Positions 1-12,140 of a stretch of 64,000 nucleotides of DNA are shown piece after piece. The stretch is from Octopus bimaculoides. Taxonomy: Eukaryota. A program made the position numbers and the translations under genes. The stretch is from contig NC_068989.1 in the NCBI RefSeq assembly GCF_001194135.2, positions 89,512,160 to 89,576,159 on the forward strand, read 5' to 3'. Under the pieces are notes generated by a model. That model saw only the letters and a list, made by a program, of their open reading frames with translations. It was not told the origin of the DNA and did not search any database. Position 1 is the stretch's first letter, and each line of letters starts with the position of its first letter.

Positions 1-244
1 TAATAACATGACGGATTATTATTATCATTCTTTATCCTATTTTCTTTTATTTTTCTTCATTTTATCTTAAGTAGGAAAAGACGTGTTCTGAGGTATTTTA
101 TTGCCTTATTTTGGCGTTATCGGCGAAGTGTAGCCTCACTATTGCTTGTTTGGTTAGTTGCTGGCTTATTAACTCCACGTCAGTTCTGACTAAGATGACC
201 GTTGATCAAAAGCGTTCCAGTCATGACAGTTCTATATTGGTATG

Positions 245-285
<41 letters not shown>

Positions 286-295
286 AGGATAGACG

Positions 296-620
296 CAGGT
301 GGTGAGAAGTTTGCTTCGCAGCTACATGGTTCGGGTTTGGTCTCACTTCGTGGAACCTTGGACGAGTGTCTTCTGTAACCTCAGGTTGACCAAAGCCTTG
401 TGAGTGGATTTGTGTGACGGAAACCGAAAGAAGCTTGTCCTATGTGTGTGTATGGTTACGTCTCCGTAACTTAGCGGTTCGGCAAAATAGGCCGATAGAA
501 TAAGTACCAAGCTTTAAAAAAGGTACTGATGTCGACTCGCTAGAATAAAACTCATCAAGGCGGTGCCCCAGCATGGCCACAGTCGAATGGGTGAAACGAG
601 TAAAAAGAAAAAGATAAGGA
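296..620 (+). mobile_element. SINE family B (tRNA-like head, CORE-like motif, internal microsatellite), diverged copy
   Basis: Matches the other family B copies: ggttcgggtttggtc...ggaaccttggacgagtgtcttct...gaccaaagccttgtgagtggattt...gtaacttagcggttcggcaaaa...ggtgccccagcatggccacagtc...aaaaagaaaaagat tail. Confidence 0.85.
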
Positions 621-1203
621 TGAAAAGATGGGGTAGATTTAGCAGCCATTTCTAACAGATCAAGTGACCTCCGAAAAGGCTCATGCATTACGTAGCCTCG
701 TAGGAACTTACCGAAATAGCACCGAACGAATGAATCGCTTAGTAAAACATACAGATAGAAATGTATATATTTGTTGGCGTAGAAAAGTAGTTGCTAGGGA
801 AATAAGATCGATGAATGAAGAGTCAATGTGCAAATAAAAAATCAAGGGAGATAATTTATTATCTTGGTGGCCAGCTGGCCATAAATAATTATCACATGCC
901 GGGAGGATAGGATTGAAATACTATTTATTACTAAGGAACCGGTGTAGTGAGGAAAATCGTTATTATTAAGAAACCGTTGAATGTGATGGAAGCACGGACT
1001 GGTGGATAGATTTTCTTCTTTATCCCTACCCCTTTCTTTCTTCCCATTCTTTTTATGTTTGAATTTAGTTTTCGTATTTTCCCTTTTCAACACAGATAAC
1101 AGGAAAATCTTACTACTCAATAATCATTTTGCACATCGTTTCCTTTCGGGCGATTCTCAGATTCTGATGTTCATCTCTCTCTTTCTTCCTCTCTCTCTTT
1201 CTT

Positions 1204-1273
<70 letters not shown>

Positions 1274-1351
1274 TCCCTCACTCTCTCCTACATGTGTGTA
1301 TAAATGTACGTATGTATGTATAATGTATGTATTCATGTGTGTGCATATACG

Positions 1352-1634
1352 TGTGTGTAAGTTTTCTTCACAAGCAAACGGTCTCAGGTTCAGTCCCACT
1401 GCGTGGCACCTTGGGCAAGTGGATTCTGGTAAAAAGAAACTCGTCGTGTGTGTGTGTGTGTCTACTGCCACCGCTTGACATCTAATATTGATGTGTTTGC
1501 GTCCCTACAACCTAGCGGTTCGGCAAATGAGACCAATAAAAATAGGTACCAGGTTTCAAATAAACTACTGGGATTGATCCATTCCACTAGAAATTCAAGT
1601 CGGTACCCCAGTATGGCCGCTGCCTAATGAAACA

Positions 1635-1638
<4 letters not shown>
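1352..1638 (+). mobile_element. SINE family B copy
   Basis: ggttcagtcccactgcgtggcaccttgggcaagt...(TG)n...ctagcggttcggcaaat...ggtaccccagtatggccgc...gaaacaagt. Confidence 0.85.
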
Positions 1639-1688
<50 letters not shown>

Positions 1689-2692
1689 AGTGTGTGTGTG
1701 TATGTATATATATGTGTGTGTGTGTATATATATGTATATATNNNNNNNNNNNNNNNNNNATATATATATATATAGTATAATCTCGTTCATTTGACTGCAC
1801 CACCTTTAAGAGCTTTAGTTAATTAAATTGACCCCACTCCCTAATACTTTTTATCTCTCCCATTACTGAATGCCTAAGTTCACCTCTTCTTACGCTTCTT
1901 TGTTGAGTGTTACTCCCATTTAGGGCGTGTTCACCTCAAGTAACTGACACATATCTATTTACACCAGAACGCACCAACACATGCGCGAGATACACTTTAG
2001 CGACATCAAATAGAAGAACGATCTTCGTCGTCTGTTACAATTGAATTCACATGAAATGATGTATTTTGTAGCGGTGAACCCTAGGAAGGGGAGCAAGCAT
2101 GCAAAATAGTAAATTGGGGCTTCACAGTAGTTATTATTATATTAAGGGATCAATGAAAAAAAATGCTGCTTTGCAAGGAACAGCTGTGTTTCTTTTTCTA
2201 AGTGTGTCAGCACAGTGATATTTGAAAGATATATCTATAAAATTAGTTTTCAAACTTCGAATGGCTATGGGCGTCCACCAGAGTAAAATATTAATCAATG
2301 TGGCTGGGAAGCAAGCCTGATTACTACACAGCCACGCCTGCGCCTACCATATCAACGATTCTAATCCGCAGCCGGAACACTACCGAGCGTCCTAATCTTT
2401 CTCAATCATTATCGTTAAATACATTTTAACTTTATAGCTCGGATCAAAACGTCGTATCTTCTTATCAGATTAATGTGTGATCCGGTCCTTGTTAACGGGC
2501 CATTGATATTAAACTGAATTTTAGAACGAGGTGAAGAATTAGAGACTACCCGTCTTTGCGACGAGTTGGCCTAGAATTCCAGTATTTACTGGACTTTGCC
2601 CATCTCTGAGAATGGCTGTGTGGTTAAGAACTTCACTTTGCGCGGCACTTTATGTACGTGTCTTCTACTATAGCCCCAGGCCGGCCACCAAA

Positions 2693-3210
2693 TTTTTTTC
2701 CCACGAGTTCCGGACCCTAGTTATGAACTCATTTGCATACAGCCAATCAGAGCTCAACTATCAAACTAATTTATGGGCGCATAACAAATGATAAGGTCAC
2801 TTGGGTTAGGAGTGACCATGCTTTTCTCTTTTAATAATGCTTGTTATTCTTGCTCTTGTTTCAACCATGGCTGCCTCTGCGTAGTTATTTGTGTTGTTGT
2901 CTACTTTGTAAAACAGTAAGGGGAGATCGTTGCTAGCACATCACCCTCTACCCACATTTTCCCCATCCACATCTTTACTATATGGGGTCCTAAGAAAATC
3001 CGATAATAGGTACAGATGCAAATCTTTCTAATTACTTGTCACCTTCTAAATTCAGGCATAACTTGGCGATCGGTCACTTACAACACCATTCTTCGTTTTG
3101 AGTTTACTTGGTAGAGTGTGTTTTCACCTTGGCAACAAGGTCAAGGTGAGTTCTGATTGGCTATATGCAAATGAGTTCATTACTGGGTTCCGGAACTCTC
3201 GTGGGAAAAA
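2693..3210. mobile_element. MITE-like non-autonomous DNA element with ~65-bp terminal inverted repeats; right end runs into an assembly gap
   Basis: 2693-2757 (tttttttcccacgagttccggaccctagttatgaactcatttgcatacagccaatcagagctc) is the reverse complement of 3146-3210 with a few mismatches; no ORF inside; sits within a family B SINE fragment (2600-2690). Confidence 0.75.
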
Positions 3211-5059
3211 NNNNNNNNNNNNNNNNNNNNNNNNNNNNNNNNNNNNNNNNNNNNNNNNNNNNNNNNNNNNNNNNNNNNNNNNNNNNNNNNNNNNNNNNNN
3301 NNNNNNNNNNNNNNNNNNNNNNNNNNNNNNNNNNNNNNNNNNNNNNNNNNNNNNNNNNNNNNNNNNNNNNNNNNNNNNNNNNNNNNNNNNNNNNNNNNNN
3401 NNNNNNNNNNNNNNNNNNNNNNNNNNNNNNNNNNNNNNNNNNNNNNNNNNNNNNNNNNNNNNNNNNNNNNNNNNNNNNNNNNNNNNNNNNNNNNNNNNNN
3501 NNNNNNNNNNNNNNNNNNNNNNNNNNNNNNNNNNNNNNNNNNNNNNNNNNNNNNNNNNNNNNNNNNNNNNNNNNNNNNNNNNNNNNNNNNNNNNNNNNNN
3601 NNNNNNNNNNNNNNNNNNNNNNNNNNNNNNNNNNNNNNNNNNNNNNNNNNNNNNNNNNNNNNNNNNNNNNNNNNNNNNNNNNNNNNNNNNNNNNNNNNNN
3701 NNNNNNNNNNNNNNNNNNNNNNNNNNNNNNNNNNNNNNNNNNNNNCCTGTCTTTTCTTCTTCTTCTTTTCTTTCTCGTATGTCCTTATTGAGCCACAGTG
3801 GAGTATACGTGAGCAAGATTTGACTGCCATTTTCAGAAATTCGAGCGAGCTTGCAGAGGCTTCCCGTTTATTCTTGTTGGCTGCGATGGTGACGTTAACG
3901 ATACTGATGCTGCTTACGACGACGACGACGACGACGACGATGATGATGATGATTATGATGATGATGGTGGTGGTGGTGGTGATTGTTACGTTGTTTTGCT
4001 TTTACTCCCGATTCACAAGTACTTTAATTCACCGAGAAGGTCGTTGCAGCCAATGGGACGCTTAGAAACCAGGCACCAATATCCTGGATATATCGTAATT
4101 TGTATTCTGCTGGTTGTTGTTGGTAATGATAATCATGATATGGTAGGATGACGAAGTGACGACATAGAAGGGTGTTATCGATGATGATGATGATATGAAT
4201 ATTGTGGTCGTGATGATGATGGTGGTAGGAGAGAATTCGACGTATGAAATATATTGGCGATGACGCTCCTGGTGTTGTATGCATTTATGCTTATTGTGTG
4301 TTTGTGTGCGCGAGCCCGTGCGTGTGTGCGTCAGTATGTGTGCGCGCGCAAGCGATTAACTAAATAACACCGAACACAAGATGATAAATCAATTTATATC
4401 GATTTCTAAACACCCTCCTTCCTACTTTTCCCCCTGAGAGTAGCACGAAAATAACTCGATCTGTTGCATTAATGTTCGTATGTAGCTGAACAAACACACC
4501 AATACTTGTGTGTGTGTATGTGTATATATATATATATATNNNNNNNNNNNNNNNNNNNNNNNNNNNNNNNNNNNNNNNNNNNNNNNNNNNNNNNNNNNNN
4601 NNNNNNNNNNNNNNNNNNNNNNNNNNNNNNNNNNNNNNNNNNNNNNNNNNNNNNNNNNNNNNNNNNNNNNNNNNNNNNNNNNNNNNNNNNNNNNNNNNNN
4701 NNNNNNNNNNNNNNNNNNNNNNNNNNNNNNNNNNNNNNNNNNNNNNNNNNNNNNNNNNNNNNNNNNNNNNNNNNNNNNNNNNNNNNNNNNNNNNNNNNNN
4801 NNNNNNNNNNNNNNNNNNNNNNNNNNNNNNNNNNNNNNNNNNNNNNNNNNNNNNNNNAAAATTGATCATTGTTTTTGAGCTCTCTACCCCTTCTTTTGTA
4901 AGCAATATAGATTAGGCAGGGATGGCAAGAGCCAAGTAAACCTACCCCTTTCATGCTCTCCACCCCGGTAAGGGTTTCCATGCTTTTCTGTACAGCATCG
5001 TAGATTAAAGGGCTCCCTAACATTCTAGTGAGTTTTCTACGAATGTTCACGTAGATATT

Positions 5060-5250
5060 ATTTCAAATTTTTTCACAAGGGCAGCTTGGGGGAGGTGGGG
5101 ATGAGTCAATTACATCAACTGGTACTTATTTTATCGACCCCGAAAGGATGAAAGGCAAAGTCGACCTCGGCGGAAATTGAACTCAGAACGTCGCGGCAGA
5201 CGAAATACCGCTAAGCATTTCGTGCTAATGATTCTGCCAGCTCACCGCCG
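5060..5250 (-). mobile_element. SINE family A (tRNA-derived) with ~17-bp TSD
   Basis: Reverse strand reads ggcggtgagctggcagaatcattagcacg (A-box-like)...gttctgagttcaatttccgccgaggtcgactttgcctttcatcctttcggggtcgat (B-box-like and body); flanks atgttcacgtagatatt (5043-5059) and atgttcacatatatatt (5251-5267). Confidence 0.9.
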
Positions 5251-5282
5251 ATGTTCACATATATATTAATGTGACTGGTTCG

Positions 5283-5740
5283 AAGGCGTTGGCTTAGTGG
5301 TCATGATTATAAGATTTATGAGCAAAGCACTTCATTTCACGTTGCTCCAGTCTATTGGGCTGCAAACATGTCCTAGCAAAAGCTGCAATGTTAACCCTGT
5401 AACAGGAGTGGTGTCCCGTTCAGTGGTATGTGTTATAACCTCGGTCACTTACACGCTATGTAAACTAGGTTAATTCTCGACCTTACGAATCTTTGAGTCG
5501 TAACAGACAGACTTTATAAGTCTTGAGTATTGTGCTTATGGTCGCTAGTGTGTTCGATCTCCGAACCGGGTGAGGCGTTGAGTTCTTGAACAAAACATTT
5601 CATTTCACATTGCTGCAGTCCGTTCAGCAGTGAGTGAGTTACAGCAATAGCTGGGAAATTAACCCTGCGACCGACCGGCATCCCGTTCAGAAATATTGTA
5701 ACATCAGTCATTCACACGCCTTGGAAACTGGGTCATTGTT
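5283..5740 (+). mobile_element. Two degenerate copies of SINE family E (tRNA-like head, V-domain-like body)
   Basis: Copies at ~5283-5430 and ~5545-5740 share ttgagcaaagcacttcatttcacgttgctccagtc and aaccctgcga...gcatcccgttcag; the V-domain resemblance is from memory. Confidence 0.6.
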
Positions 5741-6431
5741 AGAATATTTGATAAATGTGATAATTCTGTTAGGACTCGAGTACGTTAGTTTCATAATAGA
5801 AAGCAGATATCCATGTTAGGTGCAGACTATGTAAGAAGGGACTCTGTATTGTTGGAATATTTATATTAATGGAATTAACTTTGAATATTTGCAACACAGC
5901 AGCAAAGCTTTACAAGAAGAAAAAAGAAAAAAAGGGAAATAAAATAAAATGAAAAAATGATTTTAAAATAATAACTGAAGTTCTTTTTAGAAAGCTAATC
6001 AATTCTGCCTCAATGCACAAGCGCGCATACGTACATATGGTTTTCCGTGGGTATTTTTAGGCCTGGAAGAATTCATCAGGTTCACTGACGAACCTACGAA
6101 ACTCTTGAAGCTGAATCAAAGTGTCATTAAATGATACGCATGCGCGTGCGTGCGTGTGTTATGTCTATAATATTTGAAATACTGAAGTAGCGGCATTCCT
6201 AGAGATCTCAGACTTCGTGTTTAGATGGATCAGTACGACAGTGAAGGTTTTTAAATATAAGGCTCTTCTCAGATGTACGTCGATCGCATCTTTTATTTCC
6301 CTTCTTTTATGTTATAGGTCACACAAAGATCTTCCTTGAAATCCCTTGTTTTTTTTATTTTTTATTTTTAGGTACCGGACATAACATTACAATTTCTTTA
6401 CATTCTTTTCTATGTGCCTGAAGGAAGAATT

Positions 6432-6509
<78 letters not shown>

Positions 6510-6734
6510 GCACACATGCGCGCACACACACTGTTTTGTAGAAGTTGTTAAACCAGTAATCAATGAATCGGTGTGTGGATTCAGTACAAAGCCATATTCC
6601 GCACATCACGAGTGTGCTTTGTTCCCAAATCCCTCGAATGAATGTTATCTTTCTTGTTTCATTCATTGGATTGCGGCGATACTAGGACACCACCTTCAAA
6701 GTTTTAGTCAAGAAATCAACTCCAGAGTCTGGTG

Positions 6735-7045
6735 TTTATTCTGTTGGTCAGTTTTGCCGAACCGCTACCATACGAGTACGTAAATAAACACCCACTGTCC
6801 AGCGTTGTGATGGAGGGGGCTGACGTGCGCGTGCGCACACACACATACACATACACACAAATACACACATATATGTATGTATATTTATATGACGGGTTCC
6901 ACGCCGTTTTCGTCCACCGTGTTCACTCACAAGACATTGGTTGGCCTGGGGCTATAATAGAAGACAGCTGTGCAAGTTGCCACACAGTGGGCCTACACCC
7001 GAAACTACATGGTTGCAAGACGAGTTTCTTAATAGTAAACCATGC
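6735..7045 (-). mobile_element. SINE family B copy
   Basis: Reverse complement of the family B body (ttttgccgaaccgct...ctcacaagacattggttggcctggggctataatagaagacag...ccacacagtggg). Confidence 0.8.
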
Positions 7046-7070
7046 GCGCGCGCGCGCACATCTGTATCTA

Positions 7071-7109
<39 letters not shown>

Positions 7110-8086
7110 ATATATATATATNNNNNNNNNNNNNNNNNNNNNNNNNNNNNNNNNNNNNNNNNNNNNNNNNNNNNNNNNNNNNNNNNNNNNNNNNNNNNNN
7201 NNNNNNNNNNNNNNNNNNNNNNNNNNNNNNNNNNNNNNNNNNNNNNNNNNNNNNNNNNNNNNNNNNNNNNNNNNNNNNNNNNNNNNNNNNNNNNNNNNNN
7301 NNNNNNNNNNNNNNNNNNNNNNNNNNNNNNNNNNNNNNNNNNNNNNNNNNNNNNNNNNNNNNNNNNNNNNNNNNNNNNNNNNNNNNNNNNNNNNNNNNNN
7401 NNNNNNNNNNNNNNNNNNNNNNNNNNNNNNNNNNNNNNNNNNNNNNNNNNNNNNNNNNNNNNNNNNNNNNNNNNNNNNNNNNNNNNNNNNNNNNNNNNNN
7501 NNNNNNNNNNNNNNNNNNNNNNNNNNNNNNNNNNNNNNNNNNNNNNNNNNNNNNNNNNNNNNNNNNNNNNNNNNNNNNNNNNNNNNNNNNNNNNNNNNNN
7601 NNNNNNNNNNNNNNNNNNNNNNNNNNNNNNNNNNNNNNNNNNNNNNNNNNNNNNNNNNNNNNNNNNNNNNNNNNNNNNNNNNNNNNNNNNNNNNNNNNNN
7701 NNNNNNNNNNNNNNNNNNNNNNNNNNNNNNNNNNNNNNNNNNNNNNNNNNNNNNNNNNNNNNNNNNNNNNNNNNNNNNNNNNNNNNNNNNNNNNNNNNNN
7801 NNNNNNNNNNNNNNNNNNNNNNNNNNNNNNNNNNNNNNNNNNNNNNNNNNNNNNNNNNNNNNNNNNNNNNNNNNNNNNNNNNNNNNNNNNNNNNNNNNNN
7901 NNNNNNNNNNNNNNNNNNNNNNNNNNNNNNNNNNNNNNNNNNNNNNNNNNNNNNNNNNNNNNNNNNNNNNNNNNNNNNNNNNNNNNNNNNNNNNNNNNNN
8001 NNNNNNNNNNNNNNNNNNNNNNNNNNNNNNNNNNNNNNNNNNNNNNNCCACACCCACATAAAAGGATAAAAGTAGAATCAGGCAAA

Positions 8087-8116
8087 TATCTATCTATCTA
8101 TCTACTTGTCTGTCTG

Positions 8117-8147
<31 letters not shown>

Positions 8148-8520
8148 GTCTATCTAGGGAGGGTAAAATTCCTGAGATCCATGGACGAGTTCTCTCCAGC
8201 GGTCTTTGTCCCTCACCATCGCTACCATGTCCTGTGTCTCCCAGATACCAGTGTCTGTCCTTAGGGCATCAACATATGTCATCCTCGGTCTCCCTCTTCT
8301 AGTGTGTCTTTGTAGGGGCAGCCACAGGAGCACTGAGTGCAGTATCAACTCTGAATGACGGTGAGCATGTCCAACTAACCCCAGTCTCCTCTGTGTTATT
8401 TCCCAGCTAAGAGGCTCTCGTTCAGCTCTGAGTTCTTCATCCTCAGTGTACACTGATTAATGTTCAGAGCCATCCTCAGCATTCTCGTATAGCACCCATC
8501 CATCCTCTGAGTAAGATTTA
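8087..8520 (-). mobile_element. 5'-truncated RTE-clade-like LINE 3' end (C-terminal region of the RT ORF, frameshifted) with (TAGA)n tail
   Basis: Minus strand encodes LTQRMDGCYTRMLRMALNI, then after a frameshift ITQRRLGLVGHAHRHSELILHSVLLWLP...RRGRPRMTYVDALRTDTG...MVRDKDRWR. This matches the RRL..GH..R / GRP..T..D / DR..WR pattern of RTE ORF ends; a (TAGA)n tail follows at 8087-8156. Confidence 0.85.
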
Positions 8521-8717
8521 GTTGAATTAGGGACTTAAATTGAAGCACATCAATAGGTCGGAATAATATACACATACAACAATATTAAGTAAATGTCAAA
8601 CTTTGTACATCAGTACCGGCCGAATGATATTCTTGCAGTGTATGTAGACAATTGGACCCAGCTGAAGGAAGAAATCTGCTCTGGAGCTATTGTGGCATGT
8701 ATGTTATGTTAAATATA

Positions 8718-8938
8718 CTTTTGATTCTTTTACTGCTTTCAGTCAATTGTCTGTGGCCATGCTGGAGCACCGCTTTTTAGTCGAGCAAATAGTCCCCAGG
8801 GCTTATTCTTTGTAAGCCTAGTATTTATTCTATCGGACACTTTTGCCGAACCGCTAAGTTACGGGTACGTAAACACACCAGCATCGGTTGTCAAGCGATG
8901 ATGGAAGGACAAACACAGACACACAAATACACACACAC

Positions 8939-8982
<44 letters not shown>

Positions 8983-9143
8983 GGCGGGCTTCTTTCAGTT
9001 TCCATCTACCATATCCACTCACAAGGCTTTGGTTGGTCCGAGGCTATAGTAGAAGACACTTGCCCAAGGTGCCACGCAGCAGGACTGAACCCAGAACCAT
9101 GTGGTTGGTTGGTAAGCTAGCTTCATACCACGCGGCTACTCCT
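8718..9143 (-). mobile_element. SINE family B, near full length
   Basis: High similarity to the 32083-32482 copy in reverse orientation; internal (TA)n at ~8939-8981. Confidence 0.92.
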
Positions 9144-9283
9144 GTGCCTAGACTGTCCATAATATTTACGAAGAGCAGATTCCGAGACAGGTGAATGAAA
9201 TATAAATGAGGAACAGTAGCGGTACACCTGTACCTCTACTATTACTCATATTTTATTCACCTATTATATATATAGATATATAG

Positions 9284-9351
<68 letters not shown>

Positions 9352-9417
9352 TTGTGTGTGTGTGTTAAGATTGTTTGAAGTGGTGTACGAATTTTGTATA
9401 TTAAGAAAAAGGAGGTA

Positions 9418-9642
9418 CAGTAATCCCTCGATATCGCGGGTGTTACGTTTCAACCCCACCTCCCGCGATAGGTGAAAATCCACGAAGTAGAAACTACTGT
9501 ACTGTATGTTTTCATTATTATTATTTTTATAATTTGTATATATTTATTTTATTATAAATGCAAACCAACACCACGGAGGAATCGCTATAAGCTTAAATAA
9601 TAAACCGCGATAGGTGAACCGCGACATGGCGACGGATTATCG
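9418..9642. mobile_element. Tc1/mariner-pogo (Tigger-like) MITE
   Basis: Left end TA|cagtaatccctcgatatcgcgg; right end ccgcgacatggcgacggattatcg|TA is a degenerate inverted copy; TA on both sides (9416-17, 9643-44); internal repeat ccgcgataggtgaa. Confidence 0.75.
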
Positions 9643-10089
9643 TAGTTGGAATTTTTGATTATTATTTATNNNNNNNNNNNNNNNNNNNNNNNNNNNNNNN
9701 NNNNNNNNNNNNNNNNNNNNNNNNNNNNNNNNNNNNNNNNNNNNNNNNNNNNNNNNNNNNNNNNNNNNNNNNNNNNNNNNNNNNNNNNNNNNNNNNNNNN
9801 NNNNNNNNNNNNNNNNNNNNNNNNNNNNNNNNNNNNNNNNNNNNNNNNNNNNNNNNNNNNNNNNNNNNNNNNNNNNNNNNNNNNNNNNNNNNNNNNNNNN
9901 NNNNNNNNNNNNNNNNNNNNNNNNNNNNNNNNNNNNNNNNNNNNNNNNNNNNNNNNNNNNNNNNNNNNNNNNNNNNNNNNNNNNNNNNNNNNNNNNNNNN
10001 NNNNNNNNNNNNNNNNNNNNNNNNNNNNNNNNNNNNNNNNNNNNNNNNNNNNNNNNNNNNNNNNNNNNNNNNNNNNNNNNNNNNNNNNN

Positions 10090-10122
<33 letters not shown>

Positions 10123-10225
10123 AGCCTACTGTGCAGTATATGTTACATGCATATATTTCGAATGTATTATATAACACACACCCAAACACAATGTGTAGTA
10201 GCCATATTGCGTGTGTACGTGTGTT

Positions 10226-10256
<31 letters not shown>

Positions 10257-10354
10257 AATAACGTATAATGAGCATAGAGACATTAGCTGACATTATAATG
10301 CTTCTAATATACGTCGAAGACCAGACATTTGCTGCAGGGGAATAGTTGATTATA

Positions 10355-10475
10355 ATATAATTTGACTGGTACTTTATTTTATCGACCTCGAAAGGGTGAA
10401 AAGGAAAGTCGATTTCGGTGGGATTTGAGCTCAGAGCGTAAAGTGCCGGAAGAAATACCGCTAAAGATTTTGTTT
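10355..10475 (-). mobile_element. SINE family A, partial
   Basis: tgactggtactttattttatcgacctcgaaagggtgaaaaggaaagtcgatttcggtgggatttgagctcag. Confidence 0.8.
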
Positions 10476-10774
10476 CTCGGATAGAGGGGGGGGGGGTTGA
10501 GCTGTTGTTACTTGCGAGAAAAATATCTTGTTTACGAGGCGTTAGAAATCGTGCTAAAAATAAAACGGAAGTAGAGAGCTATATGCCTACGAATAAGATT
10601 TACGGATTATCTCCCTTCTTACTAAGCATAAGCGGAAATTGGATTCTGTGTGTGTGTGTGTGTTGATAGGTGGAGAGAGAGAGAGATTCAATGTATGTGT
10701 GAAAAAGAGCGTATTAGCGAATTGTAATATGCTGTTGTGTTGGTTATTTGTTGAGCTGAGCTGGATTAGGTGAT

Positions 10775-11300
10775 TGTCGCTATTTACCCCTCCCCGAGTC
10801 AGCCTTGATTGAGCAAATCTATGAGATTCCAGCGGTGACCATGTTGTATTTATGTATTAACCGATATGTTTTCATTGTTTTAAGACAGTAAAGAGTAGTT
10901 TTAACGGGTTTTGGCTACTATTTCTTGTCAACGGAGTGATTCAACCTAAATTTCTATCAGAAGGCTCCCGTCGTTGTCTCTACGTTCTTACGAATGTTCT
11001 TAGGAAAGACATGAACATCACCAAAGTTTGGTAAATTTCGATTCCTTAAAAGCGGTGTGGCGGTCTTGTGACTGAAGTGTGACAACGATGTAATGTAGAG
11101 GCAAAGAAGCCGGTTGCATGGCTACCAACGTCATTTCTACACTTCTGATCATTCTTTCATCATATTTTACCGAGAGCAACAAAGACCTTACATGTTTCTA
11201 TACGACTTTACGTGGTCTGTCGATCTGCTAGAAATATCACCCAAACGTCTCTTACATCTACGCCGTCATGAAAAGGGAAGGACATACACGATAACGTAGT
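10775..11300. repeat. Two family C repeats in opposite orientation
   Basis: 10775-10960 (gtcagccttgattgagcaaatctatg...ttggctactatttcttg) and 11095-11300 (ctttacgtggtctgtcgatctgctagaaatatcacc). Confidence 0.65.
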
Positions 11301-12066
11301 CCTAGCTACATTATGCTTTAAAAAAATATGGGTATGGCTGGATTACCTATCATCACATGTCAGTATACATTCAGGGCCTGTAAGTCTTATAGTTGCCGTT
11401 TGCACCTCTCCCTATAACTATATAAAATAATAAAAAATTCCTTTATAAATGGGCGGAGTTAGGAGTTACACACGGAGAGAGAATACGACAAGGGGAAGAT
11501 GTAATGCTGTAGTATTCGCACTTTTCCCAAATACTATGAAGCTCATAAGAAAGGATCGAAACTTGTCTTCTATGTCGACTAGTTGCCGAATAGCTATTTT
11601 GTGTTTTCTAAAGCGTTCGCTGCATCCTCGTTGCTACTGGTAGTAGCTTCAGACAGATGCATTGCATACGTAATTGAAGTATCTGTTGTTATTGTTTTTG
11701 GAATAGTAGTAGTAGCAGCAGCTCACCTAGATATGTAATAAAGTATAAGAGGAGTTGCGTATATCTGGTGATATCACACGTGCACTGTAGCAGCAGAAGT
11801 GGTGGTGGTGATGGTGGTGGGTTTTTGCTGTTAGCTTTATTGGCCACAAGGGGCCACATTAGAGACAATGCAAAAAAAAAAAAGGATTAGGGAATAACGA
11901 TACAAGTAAAAAAAAATTAAGCATTTGAAGGACAAGAAGTAAAGATGTAGTAGTAGTAGTAGTAGTAGTAGTAGTATGTGCTGCTAAAAGTTTCTAGGTG
12001 GAAACATGGACGTAGATTCGCTGGTTGTCATGGAAGAAGTGATTTCGCAGAGAGAGTCAGCAGCAC

Positions 12067-12140
12067 TGCGTCAAGATGATACACCGGAAGTAAACAAAAC
12101 TACCACATGACTGTGTCATGTGATAACGAAATCTAGGTCA
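12067..12140. promoter_or_regulatory. Candidate cis-regulatory motif cluster (ETS, forkhead, paired M-box/CLEAR-like E-boxes)
   Basis: ACCGGAAGT 12083-91 overlapping GTAAACA 12090-96; inverted pair CACATGAC-tgt-GTCATGTG 12104-22; tgcgtca upstream; unique CpG-richer DNA. Motif match only. Confidence 0.35.

Noticed and set aside
6085-6101. Minimal hammerhead-like CTGACGA-acctac-GAAA
   Set aside because: No closing pair for stem II and no compatible stem III or cleavage triplet
11584-11742. GPCR TM3-like peptide (AASSLLLVVASDRCIAY)
   Set aside because: Register is off, no ICL2/TM4 follows, the frame is bounded by stops and merges into (GTA)n-derived sequence
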